Notes: a model not told the origin generated them from the sequence alone. Positions 10,394 to 20,551 are shown, numbered from the stretch's first letter. The stretch is 64,000 bases of DNA from Bacillota bacterium (GCA_021847575.1 JAJZQO010000007.1:430-64429); one strand, 5' to 3'. A program made the numbers and translations.

Positions 10394-10743
10394 TCAAGGT
10401 CGTCTTGAGGCGATCTGATGCGATACCCTGTCTCGGTCGTAACGTAGGTCGTCCCTGCGGGGAGTAGCGCCACCTCCCCGAGGGGAGGTGGCCGATTTTG
10501 GTCAAACTGCAATATGGATCTAGGCGCTAGACGTTCAGTTGCCCGGTTTCTTCTTTACGTCATACAAAGCCTGATGGTCGATGGTAGTCAAGTGAGGCGG
10601 TCTGCCGCGAGCAGCCAACTCCTTCCTGTTGCTCGCCGCCAGTCGCGACGCTCACATTTGGACATGGTGGATGGATTGCTCTGTCATCGGGTCGAAAGCT
10701 GGATGCTACAATCAGTGCAACTTGAGGCAAAGGGGGCCTCGCC

Positions 10744-12231
10744 ATCAAAAGCCGACCTAAAGCAATATTCTGTTTGCTCATCTCGTTGACTTTGGGCGGG
10801 TGCGGCACCGCCTCAAACGGAGGCACCTCTGCCATGCCTTCCCCGCATGGCGTACAGTCTGCCAAGGCCGTGCCTATAAACCTTGTGCTCCACGTGCAGG
10901 ATACGCCGCTAACCACTAGTCTAAATGCTGTCTGGCAGAATCGGGATAGTGGCAGCGTAGGAGGTTCCCCCCTCTCGTGGGCGACCAACACGAAGCAGCA
11001 TCCCGACACATACACCTATCGAACGAGGCTTGTCCCTGGCGACTACAGGCTTGGCGTCTATGAGTCTGGACTGGAGTCGGGCGCGTCGATCGGGGCAGTG
11101 GCGAGCCTTCACGTCCCGCCCACGGGCGGGCAGGTAAACCTGCGGCTCCAGGCTCGCCCCTTCAAGGCCGGCACGAATCACGAGACTGCTGTCGTAGGCA
11201 CCGTGGTCGGCCCGGACGGCAAGCCGACGCGCGACGGACTCGTCCTCGCCATGCCTGTCGGGGCCGGGAACCTCTTTCAGGCGGCCGCCCACACTGCGGC
11301 GGATGGGAGCTTTCGGCTCACACTCCCTAGTCAGGGCGTCTACGACCTCTTCGCCGTGCAGCCCGGCAACGGCGGCGTGGGCGCTGCCGCCGTGGGGACG
11401 CTGACCCAGGGCACAGCGCACGTGAAAATCCATCTGCCCTCGTGGCAGGGCCGGCGCTATGTGGTGGTCCTGCAACAGGGGCTCGCGTACACCGGCAAGC
11501 CCGTCTGGGTGTGGGGGAATCTCCCCGGCAAAGCGCCGGATCTCGCTCTCAAACCCATGCCAGGAGTGCAGACACTCCTCACCGTGCATCTTCCTACGAA
11601 GAACGGCCTCTTCACGTGGTCGGGAGTGCTCCGCACTCAGCAGCAGTATGAAAACCTGACAGCCACCTACGCCATCCAGCAGGGGACGGATCTCGCCGCC
11701 GCCTTCGCACTTCCTGGAGTTCCCACAGGGTCGAACGGCAACGATTACTGGCCGGAGAACGTTGCCCCCTACCACCTGGCGTGGGGTAGTGCGAGCGAAG
11801 CCGGAGGCAAGGTGTCCTTCGACATCGGAGGCTCTGCCGTCGTAAGCCCTTGGGGACTCTTCCCCCGACCGGACGGGCAAGTGCCTCTCCCGGTTGGGAT
11901 CGGCTCCCCGTGGGCCCAGACAGTCGCTTACATGCCTGTAGCGATCCCATCCCAGCCCCTGCTCTCCGTGTACGACGTACAGGGCGGACCGCTCGTGCCG
12001 CCCAAGGACTCCTGGCTTGGAGGCTTTCGTCTGTCCTCGGGGCGGGACTTCCCACTGGGGCTGCAGGGCGCGCAGTTCTGGAGCGTCAACATGCTGACCA
12101 CGTCGGCCGGATGGGCAAACACACGGGACAACCAGGTCCTGACCACGAATGACGGCGGAGCGACGTGGTTGGACGTGACGCCGGAGGGCATGCCCAACGT
12201 CGAACCTGCCATGGTCAGCTTGGCGTCGTAG
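10744..12231 (+). CDS. Lipoprotein with beta-sandwich domains and one terminal BNR/Asp-box repeat; ATC start, possibly a pseudogene
   Basis: AAAGGGGG-7nt-ATC gives (M)KSRPKAIFCLLISLTLGGC lipobox; ends soon after TTNDGGATWLDVTP. Confidence 0.55.
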   Translation: MKSRPKAIFCLLISLTLGGCGTASNGGTSAMPSPHGVQSAKAVPINLVLHVQDTPLTTSLNAVWQNRDSGSVGGSPLSWATNTKQHPDTYTYRTRLVPGDYRLGVYESGLESGASIGAVASLHVPPTGGQVNLRLQARPFKAGTNHETAVVGTVVGPDGKPTRDGLVLAMPVGAGNLFQAAAHTAADGSFRLTLPSQGVYDLFAVQPGNGGVGAAAVGTLTQGTAHVKIHLPSWQGRRYVVVLQQGLAYTGKPVWVWGNLPGKAPDLALKPMPGVQTLLTVHLPTKNGLFTWSGVLRTQQQYENLTATYAIQQGTDLAAAFALPGVPTGSNGNDYWPENVAPYHLAWGSASEAGGKVSFDIGGSAVVSPWGLFPRPDGQVPLPVGIGSPWAQTVAYMPVAIPSQPLLSVYDVQGGPLVPPKDSWLGGFRLSSGRDFPLGLQGAQFWSVNMLTTSAGWANTRDNQVLTTNDGGATWLDVTPEGMPNVEPAMVSLAS

Positions 12232-12370
12232 GCCTGCCCCCGGTTCGGCGGATAGTCTAAGAGATTGAGGTGCAACATGAACCGTGCCGCACAGAGTCAA
12301 CTGTAGGCAAGTTCGGCGAGAGGTACACGAGGACGAATAGTACCCGCCGGGGGCACGGCACCCTAGGACC

Positions 12371-13840
12371 ATGGACGAAATCTCCGACCTCGCCACCCAC
12401 TGCCGCGGAGTCCTCAACACGATCGATGCCGCCGCATGGACGGGTATGTCCATGGTCGAGAGCCATGAACAGCGCTTGGCGCGGTTGAGGCGCATGTTGG
12501 GCAATCCAGCCGACCTATGTGTCCGCCCGGTGGGATCGCTCGTGACCGTGATGTACCTATCGACGATTGTCGACGAGGCGCAGGTCCAGGACACTCTGGT
12601 TGGGCCGCTCTCGCAACAGTTTGACAGCCCTCCCGCCCTGGCCAACCGTCTTGCGCCCATCGACACATACGGGGACGCTCTGAATGCGCTGTTGTCGGGC
12701 AAGGCGATTGCCCTTATGCGCCAGGTGCCCGGGGCTTTGGCCGCCAACACAGGAAAGTGGCCCAAGCGCGACCCTACCGAACCGCCAGCTGAGGTCATCA
12801 GCCGTGGACCGCACACCGGCTTCATCGAGAGACTGGATACCAACGTTGCTCTGATTCGCATGGGCGTGCCGGACCCGCGCTTGCGCTACGAGAATTTCGT
12901 CATGGCAAGTCGTAGTGGCACCAAGGCCGGCCTCTTCTATATCGAGGGTCTTGTATCACCCAAGGTTCTACAGCGGGTGCGCGGCACACTCAATAGCGTG
13001 CGGCCGTCTATGGTCACGGATGCGAGGATGTTGGCCCAGCATCTCACTCCAAGCGCTCACCTGTTCCCGACCGTGGGTTCTACCGAACGCCCAGATGTGG
13101 CCTACGGCGCGCTTCTGGATGGTCGCGTCGTGGTGCTCACCGATGGTTCGCCAACGGCCCTGCTCATTCCCCAAGTGTTTGCGAACCTGCTGTCCGTGCC
13201 CGACGATTACTACAACCGCGGGATCGTTGCGTCGTTCGAGCGGGCCTTTCGCTTTCTAGGGCTGCTTGGCACGCTGACCATCTCCGCGCTATACGTATCG
13301 CTGGCTTCCATCAATCAAGAGCTTGTTCCCACGCCACTCTTTCTGTCGATCGCTCAAGCGCGACTCGGCATCCCGATGCCCTTGGTGCTTGAGATCCTCA
13401 CGTTGGAGGCCACCATCGAACTCATCCGACAGGCAGGCCTTAGGCTACCCAGTTCGTTCGGCCAATCGATTGCTATCGTAGGCGCGGTTGTGATCGGTCA
13501 GAGCGCGGTGTTGGCGGGTCTGCTCAGTGCTCCCGCAGTGGTGGTGGTGTCCGTGGGGTTCATTATGTCCTTCATCCTTCCGTCGCAGGCGACGGCGATG
13601 AGCCTACGCATCCTGCGGTTTCCTCTTATCTTACTCGCAAGCGCGTTCGGCCTATTCGGCTTAGTTTGGGGCTTGCTGTTGCTCTTCATTTACTTGAGCT
13701 CACTCGAGTCGTTTGGGGTTCCCTATCTTTCGCCCGTGACACCGCTTCGCCTCCGTGGCCTTCAGGACACGATCGTGCGGCGCTCGCTTCGTAAGCTTCG
13801 ACGCTCCTTTGTGGCCCGTCCCAGCCCGACCACGGAATGA
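12371..13840 (+). CDS. gerAA: Spore germination receptor subunit A (GerA family); start uncertain
   Basis: GPHTGFIE..NVALIR, TERPD, DGSP, DDYY, ELIRQAGLRLP, SFGVPYLSP. Confidence 0.92.
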   Translation: MDEISDLATHCRGVLNTIDAAAWTGMSMVESHEQRLARLRRMLGNPADLCVRPVGSLVTVMYLSTIVDEAQVQDTLVGPLSQQFDSPPALANRLAPIDTYGDALNALLSGKAIALMRQVPGALAANTGKWPKRDPTEPPAEVISRGPHTGFIERLDTNVALIRMGVPDPRLRYENFVMASRSGTKAGLFYIEGLVSPKVLQRVRGTLNSVRPSMVTDARMLAQHLTPSAHLFPTVGSTERPDVAYGALLDGRVVVLTDGSPTALLIPQVFANLLSVPDDYYNRGIVASFERAFRFLGLLGTLTISALYVSLASINQELVPTPLFLSIAQARLGIPMPLVLEILTLEATIELIRQAGLRLPSSFGQSIAIVGAVVIGQSAVLAGLLSAPAVVVVSVGFIMSFILPSQATAMSLRILRFPLILLASAFGLFGLVWGLLLLFIYLSSLESFGVPYLSPVTPLRLRGLQDTIVRRSLRKLRRSFVARPSPTTE

Positions 13841-14937
13841 CCATGAAACAGGGGCGAGTCAACGCCAGCCAGCTCTTTGGGTTAGGGATCATAAGCATGC
13901 TCGCTACCTTACTTCTCACAGTACCTGGCGAATTGCTGCGTTTAGCCGGTCGCGGCGCCTGGTGGACACCTCTGGTGGCCGCCGTCCCGGCAGTGCCCTT
14001 TGCGTATGCTGTTGGGAAACGGGCAGGCAAGCAAGGCGACGCGGTCGCCCTGCTTCGCCGCCTCCTTGGGCCTTTCGTCAGCAGGGTCCTCCTTCTGCTG
14101 GTATGGCTCGCAGTCGCGATAGACATGGCCATAATCACACGCGAAGTCGCCGAAGGCGCGAGCGCCAGCTTCTCCAGCGCCATCGTCCCTATGCCGGTGC
14201 TCGTGGCGCTCGTTCTGGTGCCTGGCATGTGGCTGGCCTGGCTTGGGCCGGTGGCAATCGGCCGTGTGGCGACGGTGATAAGCGCGGGTATCATCGTCAC
14301 GTATGTTGTTGGCTTTCTCGCCATCGTGCCTCTCATGCATGTGCTCTGGACCCGTCCGGTGATACCGACAGACGCGCGCTTTCTGGGCGGTGCCCCCATC
14401 GAGTTGTCATGGCTGTGGCTCATCGAACCGGCCTTAATCGGGGTACTGATCATGCACGAGGTGCAGCCTTCGGCTCGCCGCGTGGCCGGGGGCATTTTGG
14501 CAGGGGCGACGGCGTCGGGTGCGATCTTGCTGTCGGGGGCTATCTGGCTTGTGATTGCGGATTTCGGGCCGACCCGCGCGGCGGAGTTTGCGGTGCCGAT
14601 CCTGCACACCGCGAAAGAACTTCCATACAGCATCCACCTGGAGCGCATTGATTCGCTGGTGATAACTGTAGAACTCCTCGGTGCCCTGGTGAAGGTGGGG
14701 TTGTTCCTGTGGATTTGGGCGCGCGTATCCGAGGGCATCGTCCGTGTCCGCACTGCGTATCTATTGCCCAGCTTAGCTGTGGCGAGCGGCATCTCCAGCA
14801 TCGTAATGTTCGCCAACCCACTGGCGCTGGATCGCTCGATATACAGCTACGGGCTATACATCCTTCCGACGTTCTTTGTGCTCATGGCTGTCTCGTATTT
14901 GCCCAGTAGAACCTGGGCCTCCCGTAGTCCGGTATGA
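13837..14937 (+). CDS. gerAB: Spore germination receptor subunit B (APC-fold membrane protein)
   Basis: About 10 hydrophobic segments, LERIDS motif, ATGA overlap with the A subunit. Confidence 0.85.
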   Translation: MTMKQGRVNASQLFGLGIISMLATLLLTVPGELLRLAGRGAWWTPLVAAVPAVPFAYAVGKRAGKQGDAVALLRRLLGPFVSRVLLLLVWLAVAIDMAIITREVAEGASASFSSAIVPMPVLVALVLVPGMWLAWLGPVAIGRVATVISAGIIVTYVVGFLAIVPLMHVLWTRPVIPTDARFLGGAPIELSWLWLIEPALIGVLIMHEVQPSARRVAGGILAGATASGAILLSGAIWLVIADFGPTRAAEFAVPILHTAKELPYSIHLERIDSLVITVELLGALVKVGLFLWIWARVSEGIVRVRTAYLLPSLAVASGISSIVMFANPLALDRSIYSYGLYILPTFFVLMAVSYLPSRTWASRSPV

Positions 14938-16109
14938 CAATCGGAGTACGACGGGTAGTGCTCACTACTGCACTTCTTGCGCTATCGCTCGCGTTCGCCG
15001 GGTGTTGGGACGCGCCACCGATCGAGGAGGTCGGCCTTGTCACTATGATGGCCATCGACCAGTCACCCAAGGGCGAATTGAAGGTTACCGTGAGCATCAA
15101 CATGCCTTCCACGTCGTCGGCAACGCCAGGTCTTGGTCAGACCGCCACGGCCTTGCTGCGCCAGGCTAGTGGACGCACCTTGGTCGAAGCCATCGGACAT
15201 CTGCGCACTATGACGTATTTGAGTTTGGAGTTTGCCCACCTGGAAGAGCTATTCGTCTCCGAACCAATAGCTCAGGCCGGTCTCGCGAGACCACTAGGCT
15301 ACATAGCGACCTCCCCGAGCTTTGTGTCAACGCCGTATCTCCTCGTGGTGCGTCACGGCAGCGCCGAGAACGTGATTGAACAGATGCAAGCCGCCAAACC
15401 GCGACCGGAGGTCGTGGTGACCGATACAATAGAACAGGCACGCAAGCGAACTCCCTATCACCCCAAACGCGTCTACGAGTTTCAAGAACGGGTTCAGATC
15501 CCAGGAGACCAATTCACAACCGCTGGGGTCGTCGTCAACCCTGCAGAGGGAAGCGCCGCCACAGTCGCCCTTGAGATCCAAGGAGAGGCGCTATTCGACC
15601 GCGACCGGTTGGTCGGCTGGTTGGACGAGGACTCCACCGTTGGATGGGATGTGGCGACTGGCCAACCCGGTCATCTGGTGTTGCAGCTCCCATCCGGCAA
15701 GGGCGGACTTGGATTGGAACTGCTTCGTACGCATCGTGATGTGCACATCCGACATGGTTACACCGGACCTACAGCCGACATGGACATTTCGGTCAAGACG
15801 CGCCTCGTTGCTGCGGAAGGCGTACCCGCCGCTTGGTGGGCCGACCCAGTGGCCGTGCAACGCATGGCGACCGATGCTGCTGTCAAACTGACCCACGATG
15901 TCATTGCCAGTCTTCAAGCCGCACAGCAGGCGAGGGCCGACGTTTTCAGCCTCGGTGAGTTCGTGCGGGTACTGGATCCGTCGGATTGGTCACGGCTTGA
16001 GACACGCTGGGATACTGAAGGATTCCCCAATGTGCCGGTCCGAGTACACGTTCATGTATCTGTAGATAACCTAGGCAGCCTTGTGTGTCCCGCCTTTCAG
16101 GCATGCTGA
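14934..16109 (+). CDS. gerAC: Spore germination receptor subunit C, Ger(x)C lipoprotein
   Basis: LAFAGCWD lipobox, MAID, ADVFSLGE; ATGA overlap. Confidence 0.88.
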   Translation: MTIGVRRVVLTTALLALSLAFAGCWDAPPIEEVGLVTMMAIDQSPKGELKVTVSINMPSTSSATPGLGQTATALLRQASGRTLVEAIGHLRTMTYLSLEFAHLEELFVSEPIAQAGLARPLGYIATSPSFVSTPYLLVVRHGSAENVIEQMQAAKPRPEVVVTDTIEQARKRTPYHPKRVYEFQERVQIPGDQFTTAGVVVNPAEGSAATVALEIQGEALFDRDRLVGWLDEDSTVGWDVATGQPGHLVLQLPSGKGGLGLELLRTHRDVHIRHGYTGPTADMDISVKTRLVAAEGVPAAWWADPVAVQRMATDAAVKLTHDVIASLQAAQQARADVFSLGEFVRVLDPSDWSRLETRWDTEGFPNVPVRVHVHVSVDNLGSLVCPAFQAC

Positions 16110-16586
16110 CGCGCGTCGCCATTTGCGTTTCGTGCCTAGCGGTACTTGCGCAGATATCGGTGTCCGCTGCGAGAAAGAGGCTCTACGGGCTTGCGCCCGT
16201 CGATTTCGGCCTTAAGAACTAGCCTCTTTCTTGGTCTGTTCCTTCGACAGACACCCAGCCAACGCCGGGCATCCAGTGATGATCCAGCCATCTTTGCCGA
16301 ACTCAGAGCGTGGAGGACTGCGACCTGCACGCCTCGCACAGGCCTGACCCAAACCCGCGGCAAGTCGCCGAAAAAGAGTTGCAGACGCAAAGGCGTCTGA
16401 CTAGGCCTTGGCTGACAGTGGGCGCCGACTTGCGCTGGTTGTTCTAGGCACCCGACGTGGAGCCAAGGGACAACGGTCCCGCTGTTTTCAGCGGCAGACC
16501 GTTCGCACCGTCATGGGGACGATCTGCACCTTGCTCAGTCGAGAGCCCTTGTCCGCAGTTCAAGCCTGCAGCTTGGCGTCTCAGCC

Positions 16587-17423
16587 TCAGGTATCGTTCG
16601 CGACAGGTGCAACTCTCAAGATCTTCGCCGCGTTGCCGAAAAGGATGCCTTCGATGGCAGCCGGGGGCAGCGGCAGGCGCCGAACCGCCTCGATGTTCCG
16701 CTCGATCGTGCGATCGCCCGGCCAGTCCGAGCCGAAGATCAGCTTATGGCCCAAGCGATCGGCGTTCGGCAGGTAGGTGAGGAGATTCTTCGGCGGCAGC
16801 CCAGCGATGTCGAGATAGACGTTCTCGTGGTAGCGGGCCATGAACTCCGCCTCCGCGTACCAGATCGGCCGCCCGGCATGCGAGAGCACCAGCGTGAGGC
16901 CGGGGAAGTCGACGGCGACGTCGTCGAGGAAGAGCGGGTTCCCGTACTTGATGCGCGAGCCGGGAAAGACCGAGCTGCCGGTGTGCAGCATCACTGGCAC
17001 CCCGAGCTCCTGCGCCTTCGCATAGAAAGGGTAGAGCATGGGGTCGTTCGGATAGAAGTACTCGTACGTCGGGTAGAGCTTGATGCCGCGCACACCGTCG
17101 GAGACGAGACCTGCGAGCACGGCGGGCATGTCCATATCGCGCCTGAAGTTGAGGGTGCCGAACGGGATCAGCATGTCCTGGCCGCGGCAGAGCTCGAGCA
17201 GGCTCTGGTTGTCCATCCTGCCGGTGAGCGCGTTGACCTCCGCCAGGACCACCGCGCGGTCGACTCCGCAGCTGCGCAGGTAGGCGGCGAGGCCAGGCCC
17301 CGTGCCGCACTCCGCCTGCACCGCGACGAGCTCGTCCCGGTCCCAGGCCTGTGCGAGAAACCGCTCGAAGTCCGGCGTGACCTCAGGCCAGCGCACGGGA
17401 TGCACGTGAAAGTCGATGACCAT
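16587..17423 (-). CDS. Amidohydrolase_2 family metal-dependent hydrolase (paralog 1)
   Basis: IDFHVH, GIKLYPTY, HTGSS, SHAGRP, FGSDWP. Confidence 0.88.
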   Translation of the reverse strand: MVIDFHVHPVRWPEVTPDFERFLAQAWDRDELVAVQAECGTGPGLAAYLRSCGVDRAVVLAEVNALTGRMDNQSLLELCRGQDMLIPFGTLNFRRDMDMPAVLAGLVSDGVRGIKLYPTYEYFYPNDPMLYPFYAKAQELGVPVMLHTGSSVFPGSRIKYGNPLFLDDVAVDFPGLTLVLSHAGRPIWYAEAEFMARYHENVYLDIAGLPPKNLLTYLPNADRLGHKLIFGSDWPGDRTIERNIEAVRRLPLPPAAIEGILFGNAAKILRVAPVANDT

Positions 17424-17805
17424 CCCTGTCTCCCCCTCAGTGCCCCCACTCGGAGTCCGCCTCCCGTTGCCCTCGGCTCCATGCGGCCCAGAGGTGCCGC
17501 CCCGGGACAGGCCAGGACCGGTCGTCCCGCGCCGAAGGCTGCCGCCGTGCACCCCCACCTGGCCGCACAGCCCGCGAGCGACTTCTTGCCGCGGCGCCGG
17601 TCTGCCTGCCGTTCCGGGGGTAACGTGATTTGCCCCCAACGGAGGCACTGTGCGGCCGACCCGACCAAAGCGAGCACGAGGCGGACGCATCGGGCCCGAT
17701 CTCGACGTCACAGCTCGGCGCGGCCCGCGAGCGGGGGCAGCGCCACATCTCCTGTCATCCTCCGCATCGCCCACGGGGCCGCTTGGACCCCGCGGGAGCG
17801 ACCCG

Positions 17806-19404
17806 CTAGCGCTGCGCGGCGAGTCCCGTCCTCAGCTTGTAGCGCTGGATCTTCCCCGTCGCGGTCTTCGGCAGCTCGTCGACGAAGTAGAAGGCGCGCG
17901 GCACCTTGAAGTGCGCCAGCTGGTCCCGCGCGAAGGATCTCAGGGAATCCTCCAGCTCCTTGCTGGGTACGTGGCCCACGTTGAGGATGACGTGCGCGAC
18001 CGGCTTGTCGAGTCCCGCCGCGTCCGGCACAGCCACGACCGCCGCCTCCGCCACGGCGTCGTGGCGCAGAAGCGCGTTCTCGACCTCGCTGGGCGACACC
18101 CACATGCCGCCCACCTTCATCATGTCGTCCGAGCGTCCCGCGTAGCAATAGTAGCCATCGGGGTCCATGTAGTACTTGTCGCCTGTGCGGTACCACTCCC
18201 CCACCATCGCGGACTGGGTCTTCGCAGTCTGGTTCCAGTAGAAGGCCGCAACGCTGCCACCCTTCACGTAGAGGTCGCCAATCTCGCCCTGCGGCACGGG
18301 CACGCCGCCCTCATCGACGATCTTCACCTCGTAGCCCGGCACGACGAGCCCGCTCGCGCCTGGCCGACAGGAGCCCAGCCGGTTGCTGATGTAGATGTGG
18401 AGAACCTCTGTGGAGCCGATGCCGTCCACGATCTCGACACCATAGCGCTCCTGCCAGCGCAGGAAGATCTCCGCCGGCAGGGGTTCGCCCGCCGAGACGC
18501 ACGCGCGCAGCGACGGGAAGCTGTACTCGCGCGTCTGCACCCGAAGCATCGCATTGTAGAGGGTCGGCACGCCGAAGAAGAGCGTGGGCGAAGTCCGCTC
18601 GATGGTGTCGAGGACGAGGACCGGCTCGACCTTCTCGGGCATGAGGACAACCGACGCGCCGTTCGCGAAGGCGAAGTACGAGCCGTTGCCCAGCCCGTAG
18701 GCAAAGTAGAGCTTGGAGGCGCTGAACAGCACGTCGTCGCGCGCGATGGCGAGCACCTCTCGGCCGTAGGTGTCGTTGCAGAAGATCATGTCCTTGTGGC
18801 AGTGCACCGCCCCTTTGGGCTTGCCGGTGCTGCCGGAGCTGTACAGCCAAAAGGCCGCCTCGTCGGGCGACGTCGCAGCCGCCTCGAGCTCGGGCGCCAT
18901 GCGCGGCACGAAGTCCTCGTAGAACACGAAAGGGCCGGGGTGTCCGGACGGCGCGAGCTGCGCCGTCGAGAGCCCGGGCAGGATCATCACCAGCGAGACG
19001 TCGGGCGCGCGGCCCGCGAGGCGCGGCGCGAGGTCGTGCCAGATCTCCGGTTCCACCGCCAGCAGCTTCGCGCGGCTGTCCTCGAGGAAGTAGGCGTAGT
19101 CGTCGAGCGGCAGGTACGGGTTGACCGGGATCGGCACCGCGCCGATCTTCATCGCCCCGTACATCAGCGCGACGAAGTGCGGCGAGTCGTAGGCAATCAG
19201 CAGGATGCGCTCCTCGCGTCGCACGCCGAGCGCCTTGAGGGCGTTGCCCGCCCGGTTGATCTCCGATATCAACCGGCGGTACGACCAGACCGTGCCCCTA
19301 TAGTGGATCGCGGGTTGCTGTTCCGCATCCGGGGTATCCCAGGGATCGAAGATGGCGCTCGTCACGTTCAGCGTCCTCTGCTCGGCGCCGGTTGCCTCTG
19401 GCAT
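17806..19404 (-). CDS. bclA: Benzoate-CoA ligase family aryl-CoA ligase
   Basis: FWLYSSGSTGKPKGAVH, SKLYFAYGLGN, DGIGSTEVLHIYISN, PKTATGKIQR; GGAGGTGA RBS. Confidence 0.9.
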   Translation of the reverse strand: MPEATGAEQRTLNVTSAIFDPWDTPDAEQQPAIHYRGTVWSYRRLISEINRAGNALKALGVRREERILLIAYDSPHFVALMYGAMKIGAVPIPVNPYLPLDDYAYFLEDSRAKLLAVEPEIWHDLAPRLAGRAPDVSLVMILPGLSTAQLAPSGHPGPFVFYEDFVPRMAPELEAAATSPDEAAFWLYSSGSTGKPKGAVHCHKDMIFCNDTYGREVLAIARDDVLFSASKLYFAYGLGNGSYFAFANGASVVLMPEKVEPVLVLDTIERTSPTLFFGVPTLYNAMLRVQTREYSFPSLRACVSAGEPLPAEIFLRWQERYGVEIVDGIGSTEVLHIYISNRLGSCRPGASGLVVPGYEVKIVDEGGVPVPQGEIGDLYVKGGSVAAFYWNQTAKTQSAMVGEWYRTGDKYYMDPDGYYCYAGRSDDMMKVGGMWVSPSEVENALLRHDAVAEAAVVAVPDAAGLDKPVAHVILNVGHVPSKELEDSLRSFARDQLAHFKVPRAFYFVDELPKTATGKIQRYKLRTGLAAQR

Positions 19405-19463
19405 CGTCTGCTCACCTCCCGGTTCCTTGGCTCCTCCGCCCTGCTTTTCGGGACCGTGCGGCT

Positions 19464-20465
19464 TCACTCAACCACCCTTGCGTGCTCGATGTTCGAGCTG
19501 TGCGGCAGGTGGGGACTCGCCTCCGGGTGCAGGATGTGGCGCATGCGGGCGACGGCGATGGCGATCTCGCCGAATCCTGTGGCGATCAGCACGACCTTCC
19601 CCGGATAGGTGGCGATGTCGCCCGCCGCGAAGACGTGCCGGCGGCCCGTTTCCATGCTCTCCGGCCGCACCACGATGCGCGGTCCCTCCCAACTGAAACC
19701 CCAGTCCTTCATCGGCCCCAGATTCGGCACGAAGCCGAGCCCGCTCACGACATCGTCGAGCGCGATCTCCTCAAGGCGCTTCTCCGCCGTCCATTCGACG
19801 CGGATCGCCTCGACCCGCTCCGTCCCCAACACCGCGCGCAGCTCGGCTGGCGCCAGGAGCCGCACGTGCGGCAGCCCGAGGAGCTGGCGCAGGCTCGCCT
19901 CCTGGGCGCGGAAGCCGGTGCGCCGGTGGATCAGGACAACCTTGTCGGCGTAGTCCGAGATGGCGAGCGCCCAGTCGACCGCGGTGTCGCCCCCGCCGAC
20001 CACGGCCACCCCCTTGCCCGCGAAGTCGGCGAAGGACGGCACGAAGTAGTGCACGCCTCTGCCCTCGAAGGCGTCCGCCCCTTCGGCAGGCATCCGTCTG
20101 GGCGCGAAGGCGCCGATGCCCGCCGTCACCAGGGCAAGGCGCGTCGGGTGGTCGCCGCCCGCTGTGATGACATGCAGCAGCCCATCCAGGTCCTCCTCGA
20201 TCCTTTCGACCCGCTCGCCCAGGCACACGTCGGGCTCCTGCGCCATCGCCTGCTCGACGAGCGCCGCGGCGAGGTCCCTCGCCCGCACGGCCTTGAATCC
20301 GCCGACGTCGTACACCAGCTTTTCGGGATAGACCGCGGCGAGCTGCCCACCGAGCTCAGGCAAGCTCTCGAGGATCTTCACGCGCATCCCGTGCAGACCC
20401 GCGAGCGCCGCTCCGAACAGTCCGACCGGTCCGCCTCCGATGATCACCAGATCTACCGGTTCCAC
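19464..20465 (-). CDS. Ferredoxin--NADP+ reductase, TrxR-type (YumC-like)
   Basis: GGGPVG, GGQL..YPEK.VYDVGG, GGGDTAVDWA, GDIATYPGK..LIATGFGE, HSS tail; no CxxC. Confidence 0.88.
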   Translation of the reverse strand: MEPVDLVIIGGGPVGLFGAALAGLHGMRVKILESLPELGGQLAAVYPEKLVYDVGGFKAVRARDLAAALVEQAMAQEPDVCLGERVERIEEDLDGLLHVITAGGDHPTRLALVTAGIGAFAPRRMPAEGADAFEGRGVHYFVPSFADFAGKGVAVVGGGDTAVDWALAISDYADKVVLIHRRTGFRAQEASLRQLLGLPHVRLLAPAELRAVLGTERVEAIRVEWTAEKRLEEIALDDVVSGLGFVPNLGPMKDWGFSWEGPRIVVRPESMETGRRHVFAAGDIATYPGKVVLIATGFGEIAIAVARMRHILHPEASPHLPHSSNIEHARVVE

Positions 20466-20500
20466 GTTGTGCCCCCCACCTTCACCGTTCCTTAGCCCCG

Positions 20501-20533
20501 GATGCCCCCGGCTTTGGCCGTGGGGTGGTTGAC
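20501..20533 (-). mobile_element. Isolated IS200/IS605-superfamily terminal hairpin remnant
   Basis: Minus strand GTCAACCACCCCACGGCCAAAGCCGGGGGCATC resembles GTCAACnACCCC..GGCTAAAGCC.GGGG element ends; no transposase. Confidence 0.5.
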
Positions 20534-20551
20534 GCACCTTCCGGTTGGCTC

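Larger units (their letters stand above)
10400..16500. other. Lower-GC insert (probable horizontally acquired or eroding segment); boundaries approximate
   Basis: Visibly more A/T-ending codons than the flanks; truncated gene at the left edge; no integrase seen. Confidence 0.55.

Noticed and set aside
10394-10396. Second in-frame TGA as possible selenocysteine
   Set aside because: The upstream frame is not protein-like and there is no redox-motif context
16110-16586. Short ORFs (84 aa on each strand; IFAELRAWR faintly HRDC-like)
   Set aside because: No RBS or convincing family signature; left unannotated
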